Origin: Verrucomicrobiia bacterium
GTDB lineage: Bacteria; Verrucomicrobiota; Verrucomicrobiia; Limisphaerales; UBA1319
DNA: 64,000 nt
Assembly (NCBI GenBank): GCA_963664225.1
Contig: OY760937.1
Location: forward strand, 5,440,001-5,504,000
Reading direction: 5' to 3'
The notes below the pieces were generated by a model. It was not told the origin of the DNA and ran no database searches. It was given only the letters and a program-made list of their open reading frames with translations. Below, piece after piece: positions 28,579-39,378 of this stretch. Each line of letters opens with the position of its first letter. The first letter of the stretch is position 1. The translations under genes were made by a program, and so were the position numbers.

Positions 28579-30276
28579 TCAGCGTTTTTCTTTTCCAATC
28601 AGATCCCCGAAGTCCGGCAGCAAATCGTATTTTTTCAACCAGGGCGTGTACATGAATCCGCGCACTCCGGGAATGTCTTTGGACTGTTCCAGCCAACCCT
28701 TTACGTCGTTCAGGTTGTCCGCGTCGTAGTAGCAGGCGGCCAGCGTGGAGAAGCCCTGTTCGGCAAAGAATTTGAGGCTCTTGGGACGCGGTTCACCGCT
28801 CCATACCGCCATCACCAGGTCTTTTGGGATATGGTTCCATGAACCGGTGAAATCGCCGGACACCAGGTAGTAATTTCGGTGGGCGTTATGGCCGGGATCG
28901 AACATGTCCGACCAGACATAAATTTGAGCGCCCGGGAAATGGCGCTTGAGGATTTCGCACTGTCGAGTCAAACATTGCCCCAAGAGTTCTCCCATATTTT
29001 TGCCCGCGCAGACCTGACAGGTTCCGCCCATGCGGATTTCGTCCATATTCAGTAGGAAACGGTGTGGCTTGAGATGTTTTGCCATGAGCGCGGCCTCGTG
29101 GTCGAATATTTCAAAAAGCTCAGGTTCGGCCATGCATACGGTGATCTGGCCGTCGTAAATAATTTCTGGATGATACCAGCTTATTTTCAGGTTTTGATTG
29201 TTGGTAATGCGGCTTCCCGACGGTATCTGGAGCGAGGCAGGTTCGTGGTTGGGGCGATAGAGGCTGAAATTCCGATCTTTCAATGGCGCATAATCCTTAC
29301 CCACGGTGTAAGTGACCGTGCCGTCTTCATTGCGCACGGTAACGGGCGTGCCCGGGCGGTTGAGGACATTGACAGGTCCAACCTCTTCAAGAGACCAATC
29401 GTCCAGCCAGAGTCGGCCAGATTTCGCGCCCCAGACGCCCGCATAGAGATTGGCCCGGTCAAATTCGAGGGTGTTAAAAACGGTCGTTATCTCGCGCCAT
29501 GCGGTCGTGGCGGGAAGATTGAAGCTGCGCGGCGCGATTTCCCGGTCCTTTGCCAGGAGGGTCATCTGGAAGGCGTTGGCAGGGGTCAACCCGTCCGTTT
29601 TCACCCAAAGGCGCAATCGATAACAACGATGCGGGATTAATTTGATTTCCTGCATCACCCGGCCGTGGCCGTGGGGGTTGGCGGTGAAATTTTCGAGCCG
29701 CAACGAGGCGCTGCCGCCATGGACGGTTTGGGTGTCGATAAAGCTCACCGTGCCGGGTTGATCGTGAAAATTGAAGCTTTTGAGACTTTGTGCTGTGTAA
29801 GATTCAAAGCCGCCATTGGCGATTTTAATCGATTCAGCAGGTTGAAAGAGCGCCACGCCATTGGAGACGACGAATGGGGCGTTCTCGACGGCCAACCCTT
29901 CTGCCAGGTGTGGATTATGGGCCAGGGCCCCACCGCCATAACCGACGGAGAACAGGCTGGGAATAAGTTCCAAGTGGTTCTGATCGCATGCTTTTTGAAG
30001 GGCCTCCAACCGTGTGAAATATTCCGGCGACTTTTTGCACAATGTGTCCATGTCCGCCGAAAGCACCGCGCCATTAAGGCCATGGGCTGCAGCAGTTTTG
30101 ATAAGGTTGGTCATGGATGCGAGATCGGCATCGCCATCCAGACTCCAGCCAAACACCCAGACAAAGCGGTCGGCGTAGGGTCGGCTTGTATTCAGTGTTT
30201 GGGCTTCCAGCGTGAATCCGGCCAATAAAAGAAAAGCAAGAGGAGACGCAAGCCGGGTCAGGAATGGTGTCTTCAT
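28579..30276 (-). CDS. Secreted putative glycoside hydrolase (GH20-like TIM barrel) with inserted CBM4/9-like domain
   Basis: Signal peptide ending LEA-Q; ELIP, C..EPE, NMDEIR, VWSDMF and GFMYTPW motifs; insert runs from IANGGFE to LWLDDWSL. Confidence 0.65.
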   Translation of the reverse strand: MKTPFLTRLASPLAFLLLAGFTLEAQTLNTSRPYADRFVWVFGWSLDGDADLASMTNLIKTAAAHGLNGAVLSADMDTLCKKSPEYFTRLEALQKACDQNHLELIPSLFSVGYGGGALAHNPHLAEGLAVENAPFVVSNGVALFQPAESIKIANGGFESYTAQSLKSFNFHDQPGTVSFIDTQTVHGGSASLRLENFTANPHGHGRVMQEIKLIPHRCYRLRLWVKTDGLTPANAFQMTLLAKDREIAPRSFNLPATTAWREITTVFNTLEFDRANLYAGVWGAKSGRLWLDDWSLEEVGPVNVLNRPGTPVTVRNEDGTVTYTVGKDYAPLKDRNFSLYRPNHEPASLQIPSGSRITNNQNLKISWYHPEIIYDGQITVCMAEPELFEIFDHEAALMAKHLKPHRFLLNMDEIRMGGTCQVCAGKNMGELLGQCLTRQCEILKRHFPGAQIYVWSDMFDPGHNAHRNYYLVSGDFTGSWNHIPKDLVMAVWSGEPRPKSLKFFAEQGFSTLAACYYDADNLNDVKGWLEQSKDIPGVRGFMYTPWLKKYDLLPDFGDLIGKEKR

Positions 30277-30314
30277 GTTCCGAACATAGCTGAATGGCCG
30301 ACTGTAATGGAAAT

Positions 30315-30342
30315 AAAAAAAAGGCCCACTCGAAAGTGGGCC
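30315..30342 (-). terminator. Rho-independent terminator of the pilin-like gene
   Basis: GGCCCACT-cgaa-AGTGGGCC stem with an 8-nt U-tract on the minus strand. Confidence 0.85.
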
Positions 30343-30368
30343 GCTGTTGTTAAAAATTAATCAAACGA

Positions 30369-31232
30369 TTATTGCCGTTCGCTCGTGCGATCCACCACCC
30401 ACCTCCAATCCCGCTGAATGCCTTGGGTGATTCTGGCCGGGGAGTAGTCTGCATATTTAACCGGTTCTGCGGTTCCCGGGTCCAACCACTTGTGAATTTC
30501 CGCATGACCGTCTGCAAAGACAAAGAATCCAGCCCGATTGTGGAATGATCCGGGCAAGTCAACAAACTGAGTGGTTGTAACATTCACAAAGAAACAACCA
30601 TCATTAATGCTATCGCTTTGCTCATCAAGGAAAACCCACGCTTTGACGGGAGCCAGTTTCTTCATGTCTGTCATTTTCTTATATATGGTGTGGGAGGTTC
30701 CATACCAATTTTTGTCGTTGCCGTCTCCCATGCAGGAATTCATGGAAATACTACGCACACGTTGCGACCAACCCAAAGTGCGCTGAGCCTGTGATACAAA
30801 TTTGTCAGCGGGGCATTTGTAAATCTGTTTGGATTTAGCAGAGTATTTGGAGAGCTTGCCCCATCTTTCATTGATGAGAAAATTGTAATTCGTGTTGTCC
30901 TGACGCGCTGTCCAATCCATCCATCCAGAGCACCAGCTAGTGTTGTTGACACCACCTTGGGCATCGCCGCCGTGATGGTTTTCAACCAGCATGCCGTTAT
31001 AATCGTCGGAATACATCATCCACGCCAGTCCGAGCTGCTTGCCGTTGTTCATGCAGAACACGCCCTGAGTCTTGGATTTGGCTTTGGAGAGCGCTGGCAA
31101 AAGCATGCCCGCCAGAATGGCGATGATGGCAATGACCACCAGTAGTTCGATTAGGGTGAATCCTTTCACCGCCATCCTCCGGGCGGCTCTGGGACTCCAC
31201 TGTTTGACTTCAGATACTTTCATACTCAGCAA
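30369..31232 (-). CDS. Prepilin-type N-terminal cleavage/methylation protein with H-X9-DG motif (PVC-type pilin-like)
   Basis: [35 protein letters not shown] and [13 protein letters not shown] motifs. Confidence 0.92.
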   Translation of the reverse strand: MLSMKVSEVKQWSPRAARRMAVKGFTLIELLVVIAIIAILAGMLLPALSKAKSKTQGVFCMNNGKQLGLAWMMYSDDYNGMLVENHHGGDAQGGVNNTSWCSGWMDWTARQDNTNYNFLINERWGKLSKYSAKSKQIYKCPADKFVSQAQRTLGWSQRVRSISMNSCMGDGNDKNWYGTSHTIYKKMTDMKKLAPVKAWVFLDEQSDSINDGCFFVNVTTTQFVDLPGSFHNRAGFFVFADGHAEIHKWLDPGTAEPVKYADYSPARITQGIQRDWRWVVDRTSERQ

Positions 31233-31266
31233 TGGTTAATCTGTTGGTTGTTATGGCTTCGACCCC

Positions 31267-31295
31267 AAATTAAGAAAATTCAGCCAAGTCGTCAA
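31267..31295 (-). promoter_or_regulatory. Sigma-70 promoter of the pilin-like gene
   Basis: TTGACG-N17-TAATTT about 35 nt upstream of the start. Confidence 0.55.
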
Positions 31296-31649
31296 TACCC
31301 TTAACGGCTGCGCTTCTCAGCTTGGTGGCCTCATTCCTACATAATCTCGACAAATCGCGGCATTTGAGAAGTGTGTGTCTGATGGCACACCCAGCGAGGT
31401 TTTTGGGTATTTATAAGGCGGGTCCAGTGGGGGATCAAAACAGCGAGTCCCCGGCTTTCTGAGATATTGCGAACGCGCGGATTCAGATGGGGGCGGTTCT
31501 GTGGGGCGAAAAGGGGCCGTCCGGCGATGTGCTTGGGGGCCTGCAATGGATTGCGGGGCCATTTTATGTTTGTTTTTTGTTCCGCCAATCGACATAAAAC
31601 CCCCGCCCACAGCACCAATCGGCTGGGGGAGACAACTTTTCGAGGTGGA

Positions 31650-32753
31650 ATGCGGTTTTTAATGCTCAATTGGCGGGATCCGGTGAATCCACGCTCCGGC
31701 GGGGCGGAGCGGGTGACGCACGCGTATTTATCCGATCTGGCGCGACGCGGGCATGAAGTCTATTGGTTTGCGCCGATGTTTCCCGATGGACAGGCGGAAG
31801 AGGATCTGGATGGGATTCGGATCGTGCGTGAGGGCCAGATTGGGTGGTCGATTGCCGCTGCCCGGCGTTGGTGCCAGGCGCAGGCGCCTTTCGATCTGGT
31901 GATGGATCAGCATCATGGCATCCCGTGGTATGCCCCATGGTGGTGCAAGACCCGCTGCGTGGCGTATATCCACGAGGTGCTTGGGCCGATCTGGAACGCC
32001 TTCTATAAATGGCCTTACAGCATGATTGGCCGCCATCAGGAACGGTTGACCCAAAAGCTCTATCGCAATGTGCCTTTTTGGACGGCTTCGAGTTTCACTC
32101 GGGACAAGCTTTTGGAAGTCGGGGTCAAAGAGGTCACCCTCATACCCTACGGAGTCGATACTCAGGCCATCGAGCGTCTGGAGGTCAAACACTTAAGACC
32201 GCCACTGCGGTTGGTGACGGTGTCCCGTCTTGCGCCCAACAAGCGCGTGGATCACGCGATTCGCACGATGGACTGGCTTTTGAAGAACGATGTGGATTGC
32301 GAGATGACCGTGGTGGGCACGGGTGAGGTGGAAGGGGCCATGCGAACGTTGGCGGCGGATTTGGGATTGGAGGACAAGGTGCGATTCACGGGGGCGGTTT
32401 CCGAGGAGGCGAAGGATAAAATCCTGCGCGAATCTCATTGGCTGCTGCATACTTCGATGCGTGAAGGGTGGGGGTTGAATGTGATCGAGGCCAATGCGAT
32501 GGGCACACCGGCGGCGGTGTATCCGGTGGCTGGTCTGGTCGAATCCACACTTCATGACCAAACGGGACTCATTTCAAGCGCGGAAACGCCTGAGGCTCTG
32601 GGAACGTGCATCCGGAATACCATGCGCACGCCTGAGAAATATCAGCGTTACCGCGTGGCGGCCTGGGAACGGGCCAAGACCTATCATTGGAGCCAGGTTC
32701 TGCCGATTGCGAGCGCCTGGCTGGAAGAGCAGGCCCAAGTTCCCAGGGAATAA
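31650..32753 (+). CDS. Glycosyltransferase family 4
   Basis: MRFLMLNWRD...GGAE, SRLAPNKR and S.REGWGLNVIEANAMGTP motifs; GAGG upstream of ATG 31650. Confidence 0.9.
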   Translation: MRFLMLNWRDPVNPRSGGAERVTHAYLSDLARRGHEVYWFAPMFPDGQAEEDLDGIRIVREGQIGWSIAAARRWCQAQAPFDLVMDQHHGIPWYAPWWCKTRCVAYIHEVLGPIWNAFYKWPYSMIGRHQERLTQKLYRNVPFWTASSFTRDKLLEVGVKEVTLIPYGVDTQAIERLEVKHLRPPLRLVTVSRLAPNKRVDHAIRTMDWLLKNDVDCEMTVVGTGEVEGAMRTLAADLGLEDKVRFTGAVSEEAKDKILRESHWLLHTSMREGWGLNVIEANAMGTPAAVYPVAGLVESTLHDQTGLISSAETPEALGTCIRNTMRTPEKYQRYRVAAWERAKTYHWSQVLPIASAWLEEQAQVPRE

Positions 32754-32785
32754 GCCTGGCAGGCTTCCCACCGGAGGACCCATTT

Positions 32786-33247
32786 ATGCCAATCATGCCA
32801 ATCGGATCGAAAGATTCCACCAACTGGATTCAAAGCGTATCTGAAATCCATGTGGAAACCAGAGGCCGCGGTTTTTACGAAATCACGGCACCGGTGGAAT
32901 CCCTGGTGCGCGAGACGGGAATTACGACCGGCCTGGCGACTTTGCTGGTTCGGCACACCTCGGCGTCGCTTCTGATTCAGGAGAACGCCGATCCCGAAGT
33001 GCGCCGGGATTTGGAGCGTTTTTTTGCCCGACTCGCGCCGGACGGCGACGCGTTGTTCCGGCACACCTCTGAGGGTGAGGACGATATGCCCGCTCATATC
33101 CGGACGGCGTTAACCTGCGTTAATCTGGGCATTCCCATCTTCGAAGGGGGGCTTGCATTGGGCACGTGGCAGGGGATTTATTTGTGGGAACACCGCAAAG
33201 TGCCGCATACTCGCAGCGTGGTGGTGCATATCTTTGGAGCCTGTTGA
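32786..33247 (+). CDS. yjbQ: YjbQ (UPF0047) family protein
   Basis: HTSASLLIQENADP.V..D, H..EG.DDMPAHI and LGTWQGIYLWEHR motifs; GGAGG RBS. Confidence 0.92.
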   Translation: MPIMPIGSKDSTNWIQSVSEIHVETRGRGFYEITAPVESLVRETGITTGLATLLVRHTSASLLIQENADPEVRRDLERFFARLAPDGDALFRHTSEGEDDMPAHIRTALTCVNLGIPIFEGGLALGTWQGIYLWEHRKVPHTRSVVVHIFGAC

Positions 33248-33374
33248 AATTTGGGTCTTCGAACGGACACCACAAAACTGAGTGGGTGTGCTGTGTTTCT
33301 GGCAGGGAGAATTCGTCCCCGGGATTGAGCCTTTTTGACTTTTGTTTTTTGAAGAATTTGCGCTTACTCAAAGC

Positions 33375-34430
33375 GTGATCGATCAACAGGCCAATTTGGA
33401 AAGTATTTTGCCTTCGCTGCGTGCGGCGACGTGGATTGCCGTGGATACGGAGGCGGACAGCCTGCATTCCTATCCCGAGAAGCTTTGTCTGCTTCAATTA
33501 AGCACTCCGGCCGGGGATATTCTGATCGATCCACTGGCTGGCCTCGATCTGGCGCCGCTGATCGATATCCTGCGTCCCCATGAGCTGATTTTGCATGGAG
33601 CGGATTACGATTTGCGATTGTTGTGGCGGACTTTTGGTTTCTCACCGGGGGCGGTTTTCGACACGATGCTGGCCGCGCGTTTTTTGGGGATGCAGGAATT
33701 TGGATTGCATCACCTGGTTCAAAAATACATGGGTGTCGAACTGGAGAAAGGGCCGCAGAAAGCCAATTGGAGCCGTCGTCCGCTTACAGAGAAAATGACG
33801 TTCTACGCGATGTGCGACACGAAGTATCTAAAGCCGATGGCGGATATCCTGCGGGAAGAATTGGCTCAAAAGGGCCGGTTAGCATGGCACCAGGAGGCGT
33901 GCGCCCGATTGATCGTGGAATGTGCCCAGCCTCGATCGAAGGATCCCGATCTGGCATGGCGCATCAAGGGGAACGAAAGATTGTCACGCAAAGGATTGGC
34001 GGTGCTCCGCGCGTTGTGGCATTGGCGCGAAATGGAGGCGGTGGAGGCGAATAAACCACCTTATTTCGTGCTCAGTCATGAATTAATGGTACAAATTGCC
34101 GATGCCCCGTCCCTGGATGCCCTGGAGGGTTTGTTGCCGCCCCATATGAGTGCGCGGCGGTGTGAGGGGATTGTCCAGGCGTTTAAGAAAGGCCATGCGG
34201 TGGAGTTGCGCGCACTACCGGATAGAATCCACAATCACGCCCCGCGCGTCACGATCGCGCAGAATCGCAAGTTCGAGATTTTGCGCGCGCGCCGGGACCA
34301 GAAGGCGACAGAGCTGAACCTGGACCCTTCGTTTCTGGCCAGTCGGGCGATGCTGTTGGAAACCGCGTGCGACGGCGAGGTGGCCGCGAGCGCGATGATG
34401 GCCTGGCAACGCGACTTGTTATTGTCGTAG
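33375..34430 (+). CDS. rnd: Ribonuclease D
   Basis: AVDTEADSLHSY, HGADYD, FDT.LAA, W..RPL and YA..D motifs, then an HRDC domain. GTG start assumed. Confidence 0.9.
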   Translation: MIDQQANLESILPSLRAATWIAVDTEADSLHSYPEKLCLLQLSTPAGDILIDPLAGLDLAPLIDILRPHELILHGADYDLRLLWRTFGFSPGAVFDTMLAARFLGMQEFGLHHLVQKYMGVELEKGPQKANWSRRPLTEKMTFYAMCDTKYLKPMADILREELAQKGRLAWHQEACARLIVECAQPRSKDPDLAWRIKGNERLSRKGLAVLRALWHWREMEAVEANKPPYFVLSHELMVQIADAPSLDALEGLLPPHMSARRCEGIVQAFKKGHAVELRALPDRIHNHAPRVTIAQNRKFEILRARRDQKATELNLDPSFLASRAMLLETACDGEVAASAMMAWQRDLLLS

Positions 34431-35672
34431 GATTTTGGCTGCATCAGCGGCCGGGATCACACTTTCCGCGCGGTCGGACAGTTTTTTCACGCGCAACATC
34501 CACGCACTGTCTTCGCCTTTTTCGAGGCGGATCGTGCGCGCGGCTTTGCAATCGAGGGCGCGCTTGAATTGTTTGTCGGATTTCGCGGGAGTCAATGGAT
34601 AGTCCACGGACAGACCGGCGACACGCAGGTCATGAATCAGGCGCAGAGACTCGGTGCGGAGCGATTCGTCCTCGATCAGACAAAAGGCGTCGAGGCGGGC
34701 ATTGAACTGGGGAAGCAATCCGCGCTTTTTGAGCAATTCGGTCAGCACCACGTCACCCATGCCGAAGCCGATGGCCGAGACTTGGACTTTGCCGCCGGTG
34801 ATGAGACTGACGAGGTGGTCATAACGGCCTCCTCCGGCTATGGCGCGGAACTCGCCTTTCTTATCGAAGGCTTCAAACACGGCTCCGGTATAATAGGCCA
34901 GCCCGCGAATGATGTTATAGTCGATTTTAACAAAATCAGACAAACCACAGGCCCGGAGGTGGTCCAACACAGATTGCAGGGCCGGTGTAGGCTCGGCGGC
35001 GTGAATGAATTTCTGAATGTCCTCCATCGTGAACCCGAGAGCCGCGAGTTTTTCGGCGCTTTCGGCCGGATCGTCGCGTTCGAGTTTGTCGATGATTTGA
35101 TAAAACTCGTATTCCCTGGCCGTATCGGTGCAGCGAAGGGCAAAAAAATCGTGCCAAGCATGGCGACTGCTGAGGCGAATGACAAAATCATCGGACGTGA
35201 GACCGAAGGAGCGGAGGACGTCGATCAACAGACAAATCAACTCGGCATCCGCAGAGGGATCGGTTTCGCCAAGAAGGTCCGCATTGAATTGAAAGTGCTC
35301 GCGCAAACGTCCCGCCTGCTGGCGCTCGTATCGGAAGAGTTGTGGAATGGCGAACCACTTGACAGGTTTTTTATAGTTGCGTTCGTGAGCGCCGATCATG
35401 CGGGCGAGGGTGGGGGTCATTTCCGGCCGGAGCGCGATTTCCCTATTGCCTTTGTCGGAAAAGTTGTAAAGCTGCCCAACGATTTCGGCGCCGCTTTTTA
35501 ATGTGTAAAGTTCAAGAGATTCCAGCGGAGGGCCATCATATTCCCTGAAACCATAACCGCAGGCGGTCGCACGCCATTTGTCGAAGATAAAATTGCGAAC
35601 ATCGGCGCTCCATACGTCCTGATTGGGGAGAGGCTCCGGGTAAAAATCACGAAAACCACGTAATCGTTCCAT
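34419..35672 (-). CDS. hisS: Histidine--tRNA ligase
   Basis: GFRDFYP, LRPEMTP, FRYERQQAGRLREH.QF, RGLAYYTG and GGGRYD motifs. Start at ATG 35672; convergent 12-nt overlap with rnd. Confidence 0.95.
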   Translation of the reverse strand: MERLRGFRDFYPEPLPNQDVWSADVRNFIFDKWRATACGYGFREYDGPPLESLELYTLKSGAEIVGQLYNFSDKGNREIALRPEMTPTLARMIGAHERNYKKPVKWFAIPQLFRYERQQAGRLREHFQFNADLLGETDPSADAELICLLIDVLRSFGLTSDDFVIRLSSRHAWHDFFALRCTDTAREYEFYQIIDKLERDDPAESAEKLAALGFTMEDIQKFIHAAEPTPALQSVLDHLRACGLSDFVKIDYNIIRGLAYYTGAVFEAFDKKGEFRAIAGGGRYDHLVSLITGGKVQVSAIGFGMGDVVLTELLKKRGLLPQFNARLDAFCLIEDESLRTESLRLIHDLRVAGLSVDYPLTPAKSDKQFKRALDCKAARTIRLEKGEDSAWMLRVKKLSDRAESVIPAADAAKILRQ

Positions 35673-35754
35673 TTTTAGAATCTCTTTCGGGCAATAAAAA
35701 AGGCGCCCATCGGATATTTCCACCGCGACCTGGAGCGCCTTTGAAAATCAAAAA

Positions 35755-36069
35755 TCAATCAGCCTTGTTTTTTTCTATCTCTTCGGGAGTCAATTTGATG
35801 ACGGTTTCCCGCATTTCCTTCCCCGCCTTGAATTTGACGACGGAGCGGGGTGGTATCCGCACGTCATTGGTCGGGGCGTTGGGATTGCGGCCCACGCGGG
35901 CTTTTCGCAATTTAACCTCAAACACACCGAAATTCCGTAGTTCCACTTTCTTTCCCTGGGCGAGGGCCTCGGAAATATAATCAAAAGTTTTTTGAATGAC
36001 GGCCAGTACCTTTTGTTGTACCTCGCCGGTTTCTTCACTAATCCGCACAACCAAGTCGCGTTTTGTCAT
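35755..36069 (-). CDS. HU/IHF family DNA-binding protein
   Basis: MTKRDLV, VELRNFGVF, RKARVGRNP and VKFKAGK motifs. Confidence 0.95.
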   Translation of the reverse strand: MTKRDLVVRISEETGEVQQKVLAVIQKTFDYISEALAQGKKVELRNFGVFEVKLRKARVGRNPNAPTNDVRIPPRSVVKFKAGKEMRETVIKLTPEEIEKNKAD

Positions 36070-36275
36070 AAGCCGTTTAGTTTGGGTTAGACGAATAGCT
36101 GCATATCTACTCCTCCAATTAACTACACTCCAAAACCATTGCGGTCAAGCAAGTAATGAAAATATTTCAGAGGACAACCTGACGGACGGAGACCGGGATC
36201 GTCCGGCGACAGGAAAACCTGGTTCCATTTGCTTGTTCCTGGTGATCAACGGCCTGGAGTCGAACCGCAATTCAA

Positions 36276-36662
36276 TCAGCCGCCAATTAATGCAGCATAG
36301 GCTTCGGGTGTCAGTAAAGATTCAGTCTCGCCGGGGTGTGACATCTTGACCTTGATAAGCCAGCCTTGCTCATAAGGGGAGGTGTTGACCAGAGCGGGAT
36401 TGGCTGAGAGTTGGTCATTTACTGCGATTATTTCACCGTTGACCGGCGCATAAATGTCGCTTGCCGTTTTTACCGACTCCACGACGGCAAAGGTCTCGCC
36501 GGCTTTCACGATACGGCCTTTTGCGGGGAGTTCGATGAACACCACATCGGTGAGTTCGTGTTGAGCGTGGTCTGTGATTCCGATGGTGGCGATACCGTCG
36601 GCTGCTTGAAGCCATTCGTGGGATTTGGCGAAGCGCAAATTCTTGGGAATATTAGATGCCAT
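36276..36662 (-). CDS. gcvH: Glycine cleavage system H protein
   Basis: SHEW, GITDHAQ, VESVK (lipoyl Lys) and N..PY..GW motifs. Confidence 0.96.
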   Translation of the reverse strand: MASNIPKNLRFAKSHEWLQAADGIATIGITDHAQHELTDVVFIELPAKGRIVKAGETFAVVESVKTASDIYAPVNGEIIAVNDQLSANPALVNTSPYEQGWLIKVKMSHPGETESLLTPEAYAALIGG

Positions 36663-36722
36663 AAACGCGTTTTGGATGTTCTTGGGGATTCAGATTCGAT
36701 TTGAAATGATGGGGTGTGGGGA

Positions 36723-37868
36723 TCAAACCGGGTTTTTATAGATGGGTCTTTTGACAACGACAGCGGGAGCCATTTGACCTCGAATTTCCACAGCCAATGG
36801 CGTGCCTGGAGCCGCATGCGACGGCGGCACATAAGCCATGCCAATTCCAATGCCCAATGAAGGACTTTGGGTGCCGCTGACCACCCGGCCAATTTGTGCG
36901 GCTCCGGGACCAAGGGTCCATATGGCGTATTGCGGACGGGGCGGGGCGGATTTGCCGGTCATTTTAAAGCCGACCAGTTGTCTGGGAATGCCGGTTTCCT
37001 TCTGATGAACCAAGGCTTCGCGTCCGATAAACTCAGGTTTTTCAAGGGCGACGAACCGTCCCAGACACGCTTCCAAAGGAGAAGTGTTCTCGTCCAATTC
37101 ATGGCCGTAGAGAGGATAGCCCGCCTCCGTGCGAAGGGTATCCCTGGCACCGAGTCCGGCAGCTTTAAGGCCCAACGCGGTTCCTGCAGCCAGCAGATGA
37201 TTCCACAGAGATTCGATTTTTTCGGCTGGAGCGAATATTTCAAAGCCGTCCTCGCCTGTGTACCCCGTGGAGGCCACCCAAACGGAACTGCCGTCAAAGA
37301 GATAGCTGCCAATCTGATTTTTTGCGAGCCGACTGGCTGGGCCAGTGAGACATGGATTTGACGTGTTTGGGGTCAGGTCCGTATCGATAAAATCTCTGGA
37401 TCGGGGCCCCTGCAAGGCGATGGCTCCGAATTTACGGCAGAAATCTTCCAAAAGCACACCGTTGCCCCCTGAAAAAGCAACAAGTTGAGCGCGGATCCAC
37501 GCCATGTCTGTTTCTGCACGGGAGGCATTGATAATCAACCAATAGCGATCAGGAGCGACGCAATAAACGATGAGATCGTCGATGGTGCCGCCTTGAGGAT
37601 TGCAGAGCAAGGTATATTGCCCATGGCCCACGGTCAGTTTACAGATGTCGTTGGTGAGGAGTTTATTGAGAAAGGATTTGCCTTGCGGGCCGCTGACGCA
37701 TGCCTGGCCCATGTGTGAAATGTCAAAAAGCCCGGCGGCTGTTCGAACGGCCTGATGTTCGTCGATGATGCCGGAATATTGCACCGGCATTTCCCAGCCG
37801 CCAAAATCGACCATGCGACCTCCCAGGCGAAGGTGCGCGGCATGGAGTGGTGTTCGTTTCAACGACAT
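36723..37868 (-). CDS. gcvT: Glycine cleavage system aminomethyltransferase T
   Basis: [28 protein letters not shown] and [13 protein letters not shown] motifs. Confidence 0.96.
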   Translation of the reverse strand: MSLKRTPLHAAHLRLGGRMVDFGGWEMPVQYSGIIDEHQAVRTAAGLFDISHMGQACVSGPQGKSFLNKLLTNDICKLTVGHGQYTLLCNPQGGTIDDLIVYCVAPDRYWLIINASRAETDMAWIRAQLVAFSGGNGVLLEDFCRKFGAIALQGPRSRDFIDTDLTPNTSNPCLTGPASRLAKNQIGSYLFDGSSVWVASTGYTGEDGFEIFAPAEKIESLWNHLLAAGTALGLKAAGLGARDTLRTEAGYPLYGHELDENTSPLEACLGRFVALEKPEFIGREALVHQKETGIPRQLVGFKMTGKSAPPRPQYAIWTLGPGAAQIGRVVSGTQSPSLGIGIGMAYVPPSHAAPGTPLAVEIRGQMAPAVVVKRPIYKNPV

Positions 37869-37896
37869 AAAATATAAATTCGACGGTCAATAATCG

Positions 37897-37931
37897 AAAA
37901 GGGGCGCCATTTAAACTCTGGATGGCACCCC
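37897..37931 (-). terminator. Probable terminator downstream of the PQQ-repeat gene
   Basis: Minus strand GGGGTGCCAT...ATGGCGCCCC followed by TTTT. Confidence 0.55.
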
Positions 37932-37967
37932 CCGTAAAGCACTAAAAATCGCAGTGTCGCGGTCGTC

Positions 37968-39251
37968 TTATTTTGCCCCAACTTCAAAGCAGCCGCCCTC
38001 AGCGGTGCTGCGCGTATAGATTCGACCGTTGCTCAATGCCGGGGTGCTCCAGCATTTGCCGGTGACCGCTTTGAAACGCGCAACTTCGCTGTAGGCAGCC
38101 GAATCTGCTTTGACGAGCACGAGCTCGCCCTGGTCATTCAAGACGATGAGATGGCCCTCTGCCAGGATCACACCGCCGGGGCCGAAGCCTTCTTTGGACC
38201 ACACTTCGTTGCCTGTGGCGATATCGATGCATTTGAGGGCGCCTTTGCCAAATTCCTTAAAGCTAATCAGCCCGTAAAGATAGCCATTGGAATAGAGTGG
38301 GGTGCTCCAGTGGCTGATGATCTTGTTGGGTTTGCGCCATATTTCGGTGGCGGTGAAGGCGTCACCCGATTTGGTGATTTTCGCAGCGCCAGCGCCCACG
38401 CCATAACCGGCGGAGCAGTAAACGATGTCGCCGCCCACAACGGGGGATGCAGCGGTCGAGACGTTATAGGGGAATTTATACCGCCAGAGAACTTTGCCCG
38501 TGGCCGGTTCCACAGAAACCAATCCGGACTGGGAGAAGAAGATGACCTGCCGAGTGCCAAGAATGGTTGCAGCAATCGGATTGGCATGGGTCATTTTATC
38601 ATCTTCCGCAGCCCAAGCCAGGGCGCCATCTTTTTTGTTAAAGGCCATGAGGCACTTGCCGGGCGCAGTGCTGTTGACGAAAACCAGGTCGCCCTCGATT
38701 AACGGGGAGGCGGCGCTTTGCCACTGAATCATTTTGCCGCCGTATTCTTTCTGGATGTCCTTGGACCAAATGGTTTTGCCCGAGGCGATGTCAAAACAAA
38801 ACAGACCTTGTTGAGCGCTCAAAACATAGACCCGGTCACCGTCCACCGAGGGCGTGGAACGGGGGCCGTCACCGCCCCTGTTTTCCTTGGTGCCGTCATC
38901 GCCGCCGCCATCGTATTTGGCAGCTCCGACAGTGGCGGCCCAAAGTTCCTTTCCCGAATCCGCGTCCAAGGCGACGCAAACTTCCTGATCGGCTCCGTCG
39001 ATATTGCGGCGCACGAGAGTGAAAGCCTTGCCCTGGCCGACGGTGAAGGAGCTGAAACCCGTTGGGGTGGGTGTTTTCCAGACGGTCTTCAGTCCGTCTG
39101 CAGGCCATTGGGTGAGGATTTTTTCCGAAGATACGGCATCATGGTTTGATCCGCGGTATTGAGTCCAATCGGCGGCATTTACCAGGCTTGCTTGCACGAG
39201 AATTCCGGCGGCAAGCAAACCGGTAAATCTAAATTTTGAGTCGAATATCAT
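37968..39251 (-). CDS. Secreted PQQ-binding-like beta-propeller repeat protein
   Basis: Signal peptide, DWTQYRG and repeated LD..SGK.LW motifs. Confidence 0.9.
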   Translation of the reverse strand: MIFDSKFRFTGLLAAGILVQASLVNAADWTQYRGSNHDAVSSEKILTQWPADGLKTVWKTPTPTGFSSFTVGQGKAFTLVRRNIDGADQEVCVALDADSGKELWAATVGAAKYDGGGDDGTKENRGGDGPRSTPSVDGDRVYVLSAQQGLFCFDIASGKTIWSKDIQKEYGGKMIQWQSAASPLIEGDLVFVNSTAPGKCLMAFNKKDGALAWAAEDDKMTHANPIAATILGTRQVIFFSQSGLVSVEPATGKVLWRYKFPYNVSTAASPVVGGDIVYCSAGYGVGAGAAKITKSGDAFTATEIWRKPNKIISHWSTPLYSNGYLYGLISFKEFGKGALKCIDIATGNEVWSKEGFGPGGVILAEGHLIVLNDQGELVLVKADSAAYSEVARFKAVTGKCWSTPALSNGRIYTRSTAEGGCFEVGAK

Positions 39252-39378
39252 GGGTTCTTTTTACCGCCAAATCTCCGGTGGTGTAAAGAGTGGATATTCT
39301 GGCGTAGGCTGCTGCGCGGCTCGAAGGGTTGGTGGGGATGCTGATGCCAAGGGTGCGGTCGCGCGCGATCGGGGCAAA

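Noticed and set aside
31467..31649. 61-aa N-terminal extension of the GT4 ORF
   Set aside because: Family homology begins at MRFLMLNWRD (ATG 31650), which has a GAGG upstream.
28493..31650. Possible genomic island integrated at tRNA-Val
   Set aside because: No integrase, no duplicated tRNA 3' end seen, and no clear compositional shift.
34569..35501. 310-aa plus-strand ORF
   Set aside because: Antisense shadow of hisS.
37869..37967. Glycine riboswitch upstream of gcvT
   Set aside because: Only about 100 nt are available, no GGAGA/CCGAAG/CTCTCAGG motifs are present, and the hairpin there fits a terminator.
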